Of a stretch of DNA of 64,000 nucleotides, positions 40,080 to 54,529 are shown piece by piece. The position numbers and the translations under genes were made by a program. Positions within the stretch are counted from its first letter, which is position 1; every line of letters begins with the position of its first letter. The notes below the pieces were generated by a model. The model made no database searches. It saw only the letters and a list, made by a program, of their open reading frames with translations, and had not been told where the DNA came from. Location of the stretch: assembly GCF_000143415.4 (NCBI RefSeq), contig NW_003314386.1, positions 166,852-230,851 on the forward strand, in the 5' to 3' direction. The DNA is from Selaginella moellendorffii. Lineage: Eukaryota > Plantae > Lycopodiophyta.

Positions 40080-40198
40080 GAAGCATTGAGCCCGTGGCCG
40101 AAAGGAACGGGAAATCGTCAGTCGAGGAAGGACTATGCCGGACGTAACTTAAACGTGGATAACAAGATTCAAGAACATCAAATGCCGTCTCGATCGAG

Positions 40199-41944
40199 AT
40201 GGTAACTAGCAGCAGCAGCAGAGGGTTGGACCGGGAGGCATGCTTACAGCTGATAAGATCGTCCAGGACAGTGGCTATGGTGGAGGAGGCTCACTCCAAA
40301 GCTCGGCATTTACTACCGTTGGACGTGTTCGTCTCCAACATGCTCGTCCAGAGATATGGGAGGTGTGGCAGCGTCGAGCATGCTCGCAGGGTCTTCGACT
40401 CCATCCCGGAGAAGAACTTCTTCTCGTGGGTTTCGCTGCTCGGTGCGTATGCCGCGAACGGTCTCCTGGACGAGGCCGCCAGCGTCTTCAACGGGATGCC
40501 CGAGTGGAACTCGGTGGCTTGCACGGCGATGCTGGTCGGATATGCCCAGAACGGGCAGCTGGAGAAGGCACGGGGAGTGTTTTGGAGCATGAAGCAGCGC
40601 GACTTGGCGTCGTGGAACGCATTCCTGGCCGTGCTTGTCAACGAAAGAGAGGATCACAGGCTGCTAGAGGCACGGAAGCTCTTCGAGACAATGCCAGCGC
40701 GGGACGTAGTTACTTGGACCACCTTGCTTGGAGCGTATGCCCAGAGGAACCATCTGTTCAACACCAAGGAGCTGTTTGATTCGATGCCGGCGAGGGACCT
40801 CATCTCATGCACGGCAATGCTGGCGGCATACGAGGATAGTGGCGATCTCCGAAACGCGAGCTTCGTGTTTAAGTCGATGGAGGAAAGAGACATCATATCC
40901 TGCTCGGCTCTCCTTGCGGTCTATGCCCAGGGGGGGCATCTCGAACAAGCTCTCAAGCACTACCACTCCATGCCTGAGCTCAACGTGATCTCCTGTACCA
41001 CGATGATCACCGTCTACTCGAAGAACCGGCTCGTCAACCAGGCCCAGCAGCTGTTCGACTCCATGCCCGAGCACAACCTGGTGTCGCGGACGTCGATGCT
41101 GTGCGTCTTCACTCTCAACGACCGCCTGGAGGAAGCCAAGCATGAGTTTGACAAGATGCCGGAGTGGAACTCGGTGGCGATCACAGCGCTCATCTCCCTC
41201 TACGCCCGAAGCGGATACAGTCTCAGCTTTCTAGAGTCGTCTGGAGTGGCTCTAGACACCATGGCCAGCACTGCTCTCTTGATTGGGTATGCCCAGGACG
41301 GTCATCTAGAAGCGGCAAAGTCGGTATTTGATTCCATCCCGGCCTGTGACGCGGTCGTGAGGACGTCCATGCTGAGCTCGTACGCACTGCTGGGGAACGT
41401 CCGAGGTGGAGAGCGGGTCTTCCTTTCAGCACCCGAGCAGGACGACTTCGTGCTCTGGAACGCGATGCTGGCTGCGTACGCCCAGAATGGTCACTCCACC
41501 CAAGCTCTCGAGCTCTTCTTCACGATGGTGTCGCTGGGTCTCCAGGTTCCGCCGGATGGAGCATCGTTTCTCAGCATCCTGCTCGCGTGTAGTCACCTTG
41601 GGAGAGTCCAAACAGGCTGGTCTTGCTTCGTCTCCATGGCTATGGACTACGAACTGGAGCCGCTCAAGCAGCACTACAACTGCTTCGTCGATCTGCTGTG
41701 CCGGACCGGATTTCTGGCCGAGGCCCGAGAGTTGATCCAAATCATGCCGTTTGATGCCGATGGAGTCGAGTGGAGGAGCTACCTCAGAAGCTCGGTGGAG
41801 GCCGGCAACACGGTGGTCGAGAACTTGGACGTGTGCAAGCCGGATTCTCCAGGCGCTTACGTGCTGCTGGCAAATTTGCATAAGAATCGTCAGGGAGGAA
41901 TGGCATTTGCATGGAAGAAAGGCCACAGTAGCTTGCCTGATTGA
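40199..41944 (+). CDS. PLS-class pentatricopeptide repeat protein with E-type C-terminus (organellar RNA-editing factor family)
   Basis: Intronless 581 aa with tandem ~31-aa S-type repeats (AxxxFxxMPxxxxxSWxxML). It ends with FLSILLACSHLG...HYNCFVDLLCRTG...AYVLLAN; no DYW domain. Confidence 0.93.
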   Translation: MVTSSSSRGLDREACLQLIRSSRTVAMVEEAHSKARHLLPLDVFVSNMLVQRYGRCGSVEHARRVFDSIPEKNFFSWVSLLGAYAANGLLDEAASVFNGMPEWNSVACTAMLVGYAQNGQLEKARGVFWSMKQRDLASWNAFLAVLVNEREDHRLLEARKLFETMPARDVVTWTTLLGAYAQRNHLFNTKELFDSMPARDLISCTAMLAAYEDSGDLRNASFVFKSMEERDIISCSALLAVYAQGGHLEQALKHYHSMPELNVISCTTMITVYSKNRLVNQAQQLFDSMPEHNLVSRTSMLCVFTLNDRLEEAKHEFDKMPEWNSVAITALISLYARSGYSLSFLESSGVALDTMASTALLIGYAQDGHLEAAKSVFDSIPACDAVVRTSMLSSYALLGNVRGGERVFLSAPEQDDFVLWNAMLAAYAQNGHSTQALELFFTMVSLGLQVPPDGASFLSILLACSHLGRVQTGWSCFVSMAMDYELEPLKQHYNCFVDLLCRTGFLAEARELIQIMPFDADGVEWRSYLRSSVEAGNTVVENLDVCKPDSPGAYVLLANLHKNRQGGMAFAWKKGHSSLPD

Positions 41945-42621
41945 CGAAAATTTTCGATAGTTTGTTCTAGAGGCCGATGCTCTTTAGTTTTGATTCTATC
42001 TCTTGTGACCTTCCTTTGGAGCTCTAACTTCAAAGCACAAGGAAGGAAATAAGATCTAAGAACACAAGAAAAGAAGAGTTTCTGACCTCAAGCATATGTA
42101 TAGTTTATGTCGATCGCAATGCTAGCGAGAGAGATTTCTATTCTTTTGGAGAAAGAAAGAATGGATAAAATGCGACAGCGCCGGCATTGCGCTCCGCCAT
42201 AGCGCCGGCATTCGCCATAGCTGCCATCGCGAAGACGAGGCCCTAATTTTTCTTTAACGACCTGGATCCAACGGTGATCCCTTAACATCCAAAGTTTTAG
42301 TAAAATAGAAAATAGTATATGCAAAGAATCTTCAGGAAACTGGCACACTAGGTAGGGTTTGCTTCGCGTGTGTGCTCCGGGCGACGAATTCCGCCCGCCC
42401 AGAGGGAATTTCACTGGATTCGCAGCAGTGCGCACTAGAATCGGTGCGTGTGGATTGCCGGAGCTGGATTCGGGCCCCCGGGAGCGCCGGTCAGCGATTG
42501 CATTGCGCATTTGAGGTCAGTGCTGCTCGGGCGCTTAGGGTTTATAGCAGCACCGTGAGATCTGGGAGAGAGCAGATTGTTGCGCGATAAGCTGTTACCC
42601 GTGGCGCAGATCCTGTCAACA

Positions 42622-45600
42622 ATGGCAGGGGTCTTCTGGAAAATGGCCGCCACATCGCCGGTATGTGGAACCAATCTTTGCTTTTGGCATTGAGTTGATA
42701 CTGTTTTGTGCTGCCAGATCGAGTCCATACTGGACAAGAGCGGCTACACGCTCGAGGAGCTCCTGGACGAAGAGCAGATAATTCAGGAGTGCAAATCCAC
42801 GAACTACAGGCTCGTAAACTTGTGAGTGCATGGTTTTGGATCTGTCAAAGCAGAGAATTCTGATGTGTTTCCCCCCCTTTTTTTTTTCTCTGGATTGGCA
42901 CAGTTTAAGAGGAAAGGCTCAAGTTCAGCAAATGATCCGCTACATTGTGGAGGAAGCTCCCGAAGGAGCATCCAGTGAACGGGCTTTCAAGTTTGTAAAC
43001 TCTCGTCCATGTGAAAAGTGTGTGAGCTCTCGGATTCATGTGTTTCCTCTTGCTTTTCCAGGTTCCCATTCATCTCCTGTCAAGTCATCACGTGTGAAGT
43101 TCAAGATATCCTGAAGACACTCGTGGAAGATGAAGAGGTATTCTCGATTCTTGGACTTTTTGTGCGGTTTTTGCGTGCTGATACCTTGCTGGCTTTTTTT
43201 CGCAGCTCCTTGGATTCTTGTTTTCTTTCTTGGATCCTTCCTGGAAACATGGGACGCTGTTAGCTGGTTATTTTAGCAAGGCAGGTGTGCTTGATAGTCA
43301 ACGTTTACTTATCTGATCCTTTAAAGTGGTTTGGCAGGTCGTTATTTGCTTGCTGATTCGAGAGCATGCAGCAATCATCCGCTATTTGCAAGTAGGTGCA
43401 CAAAGTGAACTCTGAACTTCCATTTATCCTGCCATGTTTGTTCTCATTGAAGGGACATAAAGATCTCCTGAAAAACCTTGTTGACTTGATTGGGATCACC
43501 TCAATCAAAGAGGTACGTTCTCCATTTGCCTATTTCTAGCTTCGTTTCCTTTTTGTAAAGCTTAAGAAATTACTAGGTCCTAATGAGGCTCGTGGAGGTT
43601 AGTGATCACGTGATTGCATATCACGTTGAATCCTTGCAATGGCTAGCAGAGGAAACTGATATTTTGGAGATGCTGGTGGATAAGCTTAACCCGCAAGTAA
43701 GTTCTTTCCGGTCTTAAGTTTTGCTTCTAAAAGTCGTTTGTTTTGTAGTATCCTTCTGAAGTACATGCTAACGCGGCAGAGACGCTAGCAGCTATAAGTC
43801 GTTCTGTTCCATCTGACCACTACGGCAACTACAGTGGACCCTCTGCTCTGGGTTCGAAACTGGCCAGCCCACGGTAGGGAGTTATGTTTGTGGTATATCT
43901 TATTTGCAGCGTTCTTGCAGGTTTGTGGCTAAACTCTTTAATCTCGCATTGGAGGATCAAGAATCAAAATCAGCTTTGATTCATTCTCTCTCTGTTTGCA
44001 TTTCATTATTGGATCCAAAGCGCGCGTCGTCGGCTGGTCTAAGATCTCGTCCACCGGCTGAAATGCCCGTAGCAAGCCCGGAGACGGTTGAAGGGATGCT
44101 TCAAAGTCTAGGTGTGCTTCCTGATTGGCTTTCTGGGTGAGGCTAATGAGCGCAATTTTTATTATGCACAGGAAGTTTGCTACGTTTGTTGGACATTGTC
44201 GACGACACCAAGAGGCTCCCAACTACTTACGGTGAATTAAGGCCTCCTTTTGGTATACATCGCCTTAAGGTATCTTATGCTGTTCTTTACTTTTCTACTT
44301 TCTCGTCTAACGCACGAGCAGATTGTAGAATTTGTTGCGGTCCTGCTCAGAACGCAAAGCGAAGCTGCTCGTCAAGAGTTAATTCGGTTGCAAGCATTAC
44401 AAACGATTCTTGGGTTCTTTTTCGAGTACGTATGGTGGCAAAACTGCAAAATTCTTTTCTGATATACTTGTAATGGCAGCTATCCTTTTAACAACATGCT
44501 ACATACTCACGTTGAAGCAATCATTACCTCATGCATAGAAGACGGTGGTCTGACAGACAATTTGTTTGGGGACTGTGACTTCCTGTCACGGTTGTTGGCA
44601 ACAGATGAAAACCAATATGCGCACGATACGCGACCAGAGGTAACTCAGTTCAATCCGACCTAGTGGTATTGACTTCTTTTTAATTTCAGAGCGTATCGAA
44701 AAAAAAGCCTCCACCTAAAGTTGGGAACATGGGTCACCTTACTCGTATTGCTAATAGGCTTGTACAGACGGAAAATTCTAATCCACGGTTGCAGGGTTAC
44801 CTTCAAGTATGAATCTTGTGTAGCTGCTGTATTCTTATCCTTATACTACGTCTATTTTACAGTCGCATCCCAGGTGGTCTCAATGGCAGAGCACTGTTCT
44901 TCAGCAGCGTAATATGCTAGAGAATGTATTTCAGTGGACGTGCGGGTAAGAGAGGATCCGTTGTTAGGTGCTCTCTTTTTCATTTTGATTTGTGCCAGGC
45001 GGCCAACGTCCATCAGAGAGCGGCCTGTAGAAAGTGATGACGAGGAGTTCCGTGAGAGAGACTTTGACGTCTCAGCAATGGCTACCAATTTGACACGGGA
45101 AGTATTTCGCTACGGGATATTTGACGACGAAGATCCTGACGAGGTGATGTAATTTTTGAAAACGTAGTAAACTAACACCCTTGTTACTCTGCAGATTTCT
45201 GGCCCTGTCGGAAGGGAGGATGAGGTTTGTATAAGCTTGCACTTAACTTGTATACATCAACACTGAGCACTTTGTTTTGTAGGACGTTTATTTCGACGAT
45301 GAAAGTGCCGAGGTTGTTATTTCTTCTATTCGCTTGAGCGATGAGCAAGAAAGGTACGAGCTTACGAGCTTGCCTTGGTTGCGGTATGAGCATTTGCTAA
45401 CGTGTTTGTGTGACAGGGCTCCAACATGGTTTGATTTTCAGGACGTTGAGCCAGATAACCTCACTTCTTCGGCTGGGAATAGCAATGCTCAATTGAGTGC
45501 GCTAAGCAGGAGCTTCCGTGACGATGAGGTTGTGGTTGGAGAGGACAGTGAGTTGCCGTCTGCAAACGAGCCATCTGGATGGGGTGACAGAAATGGAGTA

Positions 45601-46056
45601 GGAGGCACAGACAACGCAGCCTTCAATCTGGATTACTTTTCAAGGTCTTCAGCAGACTGGGCTAACTTCCAAGGCTACGAAATATCCGACGAAGCTATCA
45701 AGAGGGATGACTTTGGGGAGAACAACCCGTTTATTGTTTGCTTTGACGACCAATCGCGCGGCGTATCAACAACTTTAGATGGGGAAGAGACCAAACAGGA
45801 AGCAGCAAAGGATGAGGCTCTCGGAACAGAAGCTCAACCTGACACAGTTGTCGGGGTAGAGGAAGGAGCAACAGCGAAAGCAATGGAAAGTGCTTTAAAG
45901 GAAGGGGTTGTCGGAGAGGCAGGGCCTCTAAAGCCAAAGGAGATGCACTTGGAGAACACTGTGCCGCCGGAGGACAAACAGGGAGCTTCCGAATTCAACG
46001 ACGTCAATTACTGGCGAAGCGATTACGAGAACGCAGTTGCTGGAGAGCAAAGCTAA
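42622..46056 (+). CDS. SIT4 phosphatase-associated (SAPS) family / PP6 regulatory subunit, multi-exon
   Basis: MAGVFWKMAATSP|IESILDKSGYTLEELLDEEQIIQECK, FPFISCQV, LPTTYGELRPPFGIHRLK and C-terminal FNDVNYWRSDY motifs. Confidence 0.9.
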
Positions 46057-46350
46057 ACAGGAAAAATAAAAATGATGGAAGGTACGAGGTTTTCATTCTT
46101 TCAAGCGTCACACTTCTTCCAGCTGCTCTTTCTGTAAATTACAAGGTGTATCTTCTCGCGAAATCTGTAACTAACATTATGTTGGCTGGGGCCGGGGTAT
46201 CACGGGACAAGGCTCCTCACGTCAAAAGGACTTGTACGCATCTCTATTCTTTCTATTGAATCTTGTTTATTCACCCATCTAATAAAGCCGAGATGATTTT
46301 ACAGGTATCATTGCTCGTCTGTCGGTCATTCGACGTTCGTCGCCCATGTT

Positions 46351-48465
46351 TTAGAGGAGAGCCGCTTCGTCTGCGACTTTCTGTGTAAACACTTTTTTCT
46401 TCTTTGTGTAGCTAATCCTTGCAAAGCACAGCAGCAGGAATATGACGAGCACTGTGATCACCCCGGTGATCCACAGCACCATTGCCAGCTTGTGGAAGAG
46501 TAGAAAGTTCCAGCACGGCTTGAGTCCCAGGTCCTTTCGACCGCACAGGCCAGCATTGCCTCGAAAGGAGCTCTGGCTTAAAGCGGACAAGACTCCGGTG
46601 TCCGGAACGGGTCCGGTGAGACGGTTGTCCGAGAAGTTTGCAAAGATGAGTGAAGGCATGGCAGTCAAGAGAGGTGGAATGGTTCCCGTCAGCAGGTTGC
46701 TGGAGATGTCGAGCAATCCCAGCAGCCTCACTGATGCCAGAGACGCTGGGATATGGCCGCTGAGGTGGTTGCCGCGGAGTCTCAAGCTTACCAGTCTTGG
46801 ACAGTTGGAAATCTCGCTGGGAATCGGGCCAGTGAGATGGTTGTCACTTACGTCAAGCTCGCTCAAGCTGGACATATCTTGGAGCTCCTTTGGAATCCTG
46901 CCGGACAGAAAGTTATGGGACATGTCGAGCCGCACAAGCTTGGTAGCTCTTCCGACGGTCTCGGGTATGGGGCCGGAAAGCTGGTTGTGACGGACGAAGA
47001 GAACTTGGAGGGGAGAGTTTACCGAGAAGCTGAGAGGTCCCGTGAGAACGTTGGAAGATATGTCGAGGTACGTGAGACGAGGCATGGAGGTCAGTGTATC
47101 CGGAAGTGATCCAGAGAGAAGATTGTCTTCCAGCCTTATTCTTTCCAGCGACAGGCAATTGGTGGCAATACTATCAGGGATGGGCCCCGAGAGAAGATTG
47201 GAAAAGAGGATGAGCCTGCGTAGCTGGGAAGTTCTGGACGACATGCACAGGAATGGAGGTATTTGTCCGGTGAAGGAGTTGCTCGAGAGATCCAAGGTGG
47301 TGAGGTTGGGAGCGTAAGTACCTAGCTCGGCAGGAATATCGCCAGAGAGATCGTTCTTCCAGAGCGCTAAGTTCCTGAGACGTGGTAGCCGAGCAAGGGA
47401 GGATGGAATGGCTCCCGTCAGCCGGTTGCCAAAGAGATTGAGCAGCTCCAGGCCGAGCAAGTCTCCGAGCTCCGCAGGGATTTCTCCCGAGAGAGCGTTG
47501 ATGCTGAGGTCGAGCGAAACGAGGCCCGAGAGCTGTCCGAGCTGCGGTGGTATCGGCCCTGACAAGGAGTTACTGTAGAGGAAAAGCGTGTCCAGCGAGA
47601 CGAGGAGGGACAGTGACTCTGGAATAGCTCCGGTGAGATTGTTGTGGACAAGATCCAGGTGCTTGAGAGTGGCAAGGCTTCCAAGAGCAGATGGTATGCT
47701 TCCGGTGAGGCTGTTGTAGCCGAGGTAGAGCCACTCCAAGTTGGCGAGCTGGCCGAGTTCTGGAGGGATGGATCCGGTGAACTGGTTGGCCGCAAGCGTG
47801 AGGTACTTAAGGTTGCTCAACTCACCAAACTGTGGAGGAATGTGGCCGCTTAACAGGTTCCCACCGAGATCGACGTAAGATAAGTTGGACATGGAGGAGA
47901 CGTCCGGAGGAAGCTCACCAGAGAAATAGTTGCCGGACAAATCCAAGGCTTGGAGCTTTGGCATGGTTGCTGGGCGGACGACGCTGGAAATGGGCCCCGT
48001 GAAAGAATTACCACTAAGATTGAAACTCTTTAACAGTGACAATGGCAAGGAAAGAGACGAGGAAGGAAGAGAAGAAGACAAGAGGACGAAGGGTCCCGAC
48101 AGTGCATTGTCACCTATGCTCAAGACTTCCAGCTGGGGAAAGTGTGAGAAGATATCGGGGATTGGAAGCTTGCCAGACAGATTCCTACTGGAGAGATCGA
48201 TCTCCCGGACGAGACCGTCGGGCCAGCATTTTATTCCGGGCCATGCACAGGGAGTGGAAGCGTTACTCCAACTCTTGGCAAAGTAATCGTCGCTAGAAAC
48301 CAACCAAGCTCGTAGCTCCAAGAGAGCTCCCGACTCTTCTGACTCTCCAGCAGCAGCGCCAAAGATCGAAGCGATGAGAAAAGCTACGATCAGAGACATT
48401 GCGAGGAGTACTGTGTGTGTGCTGCGCCGCGCGGCTCTCTTACATTTGCTGCAGCACAGGAGCAT
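46351..48465 (-). CDS. LRR receptor-like protein (signal peptide, ~20 plant LRRs, TM helix, short basic tail, no kinase)
   Basis: CxWxGIxC N-cap, LxxLxLxxNxLxGxIP repeats, FRGNAGLCG C-cap, TM VLWITGVITVLVIFLLLCF, then a ~23-aa tail and stop. The start codon is 48465 or 48399. Confidence 0.9.
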   Translation of the reverse strand: MLLCCSKCKRAARRSTHTVLLAMSLIVAFLIASIFGAAAGESEESGALLELRAWLVSSDDYFAKSWSNASTPCAWPGIKCWPDGLVREIDLSSRNLSGKLPIPDIFSHFPQLEVLSIGDNALSGPFVLLSSSLPSSSLSLPLSLLKSFNLSGNSFTGPISSVVRPATMPKLQALDLSGNYFSGELPPDVSSMSNLSYVDLGGNLLSGHIPPQFGELSNLKYLTLAANQFTGSIPPELGQLANLEWLYLGYNSLTGSIPSALGSLATLKHLDLVHNNLTGAIPESLSLLVSLDTLFLYSNSLSGPIPPQLGQLSGLVSLDLSINALSGEIPAELGDLLGLELLNLFGNRLTGAIPSSLARLPRLRNLALWKNDLSGDIPAELGTYAPNLTTLDLSSNSFTGQIPPFLCMSSRTSQLRRLILFSNLLSGPIPDSIATNCLSLERIRLEDNLLSGSLPDTLTSMPRLTYLDISSNVLTGPLSFSVNSPLQVLFVRHNQLSGPIPETVGRATKLVRLDMSHNFLSGRIPKELQDMSSLSELDVSDNHLTGPIPSEISNCPRLVSLRLRGNHLSGHIPASLASVRLLGLLDISSNLLTGTIPPLLTAMPSLIFANFSDNRLTGPVPDTGVLSALSQSSFRGNAGLCGRKDLGLKPCWNFLLFHKLAMVLWITGVITVLVIFLLLCFARISYTKKKKVFTQKVADEAALL

Positions 48466-50315
48466 TGTAGTCGTTGTTTTATAGGGGCCAGCTTGATACA
48501 ATTTTTAGAAGCTCATGGAAGGAGTGGGAATCCTTGCTTCCAAATAGGAGACGACAACGTGGTGGTGCTTGCCACGATTTCTGGGTCTCAACTGTGGATT
48601 GAAATGTCGTATTAGAACGACTCTTTATTGACTTTGACTGTGGTCCACTTGAATATCAGGAATTTTATTATTTAAACCGTTATTGCAATATTATTTATTA
48701 AGTAGAGAATAGTAGTAACATAAATGTAATTAGGGCAAATCTAAAACTCATCGATTTTTGTTGGTTTGCTCAAGCAAACTTATAGAGGGACTGGGATGGT
48801 AGTGGATATACCTAGAATATGCTTGAATATTTTAGAATATTCTACCATCTAACGGTTGTTATTCATTTAGATTAATTTTGTATTTATAATTTATAAACAT
48901 GTTTATAATTTATAAACTTTCTTAAACCTTTTCTAGTATATTATTTTTTATTCTACCATCTAACGGTTGATATGCAATAAAATTAATCTTGTATATATAA
49001 ATTACAAACATGCTTATAATTATAAACTTGATTTGATCAATTGGATTAATAAGTAATAATAACACTAGTATTAAGCAAACCAAGCGTTGCTACATGCAAC
49101 GCGTAGCAATTTATTTTCTTATCGTACAGAATCAACTATATTTATAATCTTCTTGTGGAAAATTATCTTAATATTCTTAAGGGCAATTATTTATATATAT
49201 TCAAGTTTTATTCCTTTTATATTTTTATGCATATTAATTTTATCAAAACATATATTAATATGTTCAAGAAAAGAGTATCTTTGACAATGTTATCTTAAAT
49301 TTGTTTTGAACTAATTCAAATTTTACTATCTTAATTTATCTATTCTAATCAAAAATAAATTTATTTTATTTATTTTTATATAGTTTTTAAGTGAATAGTT
49401 TATCAGAATGGTTACCAAAAATATAAATTTCACATTGTTACAATATATAAAAACATCTAAAATTGAAAAATTATTTATTTAAGAAAAATTAAATAAGACA
49501 CCTAGTAGAAATGAGGCAAATTGGGGAGATTGAATAGATTTAGATAAATCTCTAAATAAGCAAAGAGATGGCAAAAGTTCAGAATAATACTCCAAGATAT
49601 TAAGAGATGGTAACCATTATAAACATGAAAATAATCTTAAAATGAAAGGGCAACGATGGAATGATGGAGGTTAAATTAAGCTTCACCCTTTTAATAATCA
49701 TGACTTAGAAATAAATTTTTATCTTCTTTAAAAAGTAGAAAGTGTTCTTTAAGAGGAATTTCTTTATAACTTGCAAACAACCACAGTTCAATAATGTTCC
49801 CGAGCTTGTAAGAGAAATTTAAATGTGTTCAAAGAAGTTTTGAAATGTCTGGAGAGGATTCCAAATTTATCCTTTCTCTTTAGTGTTTGTATGAAGGGAA
49901 CCTTAGAGTTCTAATTAGCTATGGAAACACAATGATCCTGAAAATCTTAAAAGAGTTCTTCAGTGAGTGAGTGATCAGGAGCAAGTTCTAGTGCAAGAAA
50001 GACTTCGTTACATTCTTGGGCAAGCTAACTTGAAAAATCTTGGTGTGCATTGCACACAGCCATAGACCAACCGTGTTTCCAAGTATGTTTGAGAACAAAG
50101 TAGTATGTAAGAGAAGATTTTTGTTACAGTCTAGAAGTTAGGAGTAGCAAAGATTCATCATCTCTCAAGTTGGTGAGCAGCATTCCTACTACAAGAAGGA
50201 AGGCCCCAAGAGCTGCAATTGGCAAATTAGACAAACTCAGGAGCAGCTAGGGCAAGAAGAGGAAAAAGAGCTACGAGCAACAGCTCAAGCCAGACACATT
50301 TATCAACTCTGATGT

Positions 50316-50444
50316 GCCACGTGGATTAGAACCGACTTGGATTGTTGGCACCCAGTAAGTCAGCCGATTTGGCACGTTCCCCTACTGGCACGTGTCGAAA
50401 CACTTGGCAGCCTAGAAACAGCCCATACGTATCCTCTTTATAAA
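50316..50444 (+). promoter_or_regulatory. ABA/dehydration-responsive promoter: G-box CACGTG (50318), DRE core ACCGAC (50331), ABRE CACGTGTC (50389), TATAAA (50439)
   Basis: The motifs cluster within ~180 bp upstream of a LEA-like ORF. Confidence 0.75.
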
Positions 50445-50491
50445 GGCCGAGCCCAGACGAGTCCCTTCACACGGTTTTCTCTGTTTTAGAG

Positions 50492-50857
50492 ATGGAAGAA
50501 GGCGGTAGTCTCGCCAAGCGCGAGGAAGACAACCAGAAATTCCCAGTGACGATAGGAGCGATCGCAGGCAAGGCCCCCGATGTGGAGGATTCGTTTCTAG
50601 TGCAGGATATGACCGCTGACGCGGGCAAGGAGCAAGCAGCGGCGCATGGAAAGCAGCCGACGAGTGCGATGCCCGAGAGCACTCACAACGCCGAGGAGTC
50701 TGTCAAGGATGCCAAGGACTCCGCCTCCCAGAAAGTCGAGGATGCCAAGAGCTCCGCCTCCGAGAGCGTCGAGGGTGCCAAGGACACTGTCAAGGGTGCC
50801 GCCGACCATGTCAAGGAGGGTTCCAAAGCGACATTTGAGTCTGGAAAGGATAAGTGA
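50492..50857 (+). CDS. LEA-like (group 3 / LEA_4-type) hydrophilic protein
   Basis: 11-mer repeats AEESVKDAKDS / ASQKVEDAKSS / ASESVEGAKDT; hydrophilic, no Cys or Trp; ABRE/DRE promoter. Confidence 0.75.
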   Translation: MEEGGSLAKREEDNQKFPVTIGAIAGKAPDVEDSFLVQDMTADAGKEQAAAHGKQPTSAMPESTHNAEESVKDAKDSASQKVEDAKSSASESVEGAKDTVKGAADHVKEGSKATFESGKDK

Positions 50858-51014
50858 GGAGAGTCTTCTTTTTTGTTCTTCCACTTGCATTTGAAACGAA
50901 AAAGAACGTACCCAGTGGTTTAACTCCCTGCTTCCTTCTCCTCCAGTTAGCTGATTTGATTGTCTGATGCGTCGATGATCTCACTCAGACGTGCGCTGTG
51001 ACGTCTCTCCGATG

Positions 51015-54374
<3,360 letters not shown>

Positions 54375-54380
54375 GGCGAT

Positions 54381-54389
54381 AAACCCTAA
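54381..54389 (-). promoter_or_regulatory. Telo-box (AAACCCTAA) just upstream of PEX6; others at 42535-42543 (SAPS 5' region) and 60574-60581 (MCAT/CFAP61)
   Basis: Exact telo-box motifs within 100 bp of housekeeping-gene start codons. Confidence 0.6.
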
Positions 54390-54529
54390 AATATTTCCCA
54401 GTGGCCAGTGATCGAAGCAATTGGACCATGGGCCATGGCCCAAAATTTTCATATTTAGTAAAACAATGCTATGTACAGTGTGAGGAGGGAAATCGAGAAC
54501 AAGCAAAGAAATCACAGGAGAGCGATCAA

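Noticed and set aside
42140-42230. Minus-strand mini-ORF MAAMANAGAMAERNAGAVAF... divergent from SAPS
   Set aside because: It arises from short local repeats, stops after ~29 codons and has no recognisable continuation.
46442-48296. Long antisense ORFs over the LRR gene (and similar ones over PPR, Sec61 and PEX6)
   Set aside because: Shadow frames of GC-rich repetitive coding sequence.
48700-50280. AT-rich spacer with a ~110-bp direct repeat (TTCTACCATCTAACGGTTG at ~48840 and ~48951) and coding-like debris
   Set aside because: Probably a TE relic, but I could not identify termini, a TSD or a transposase motif.
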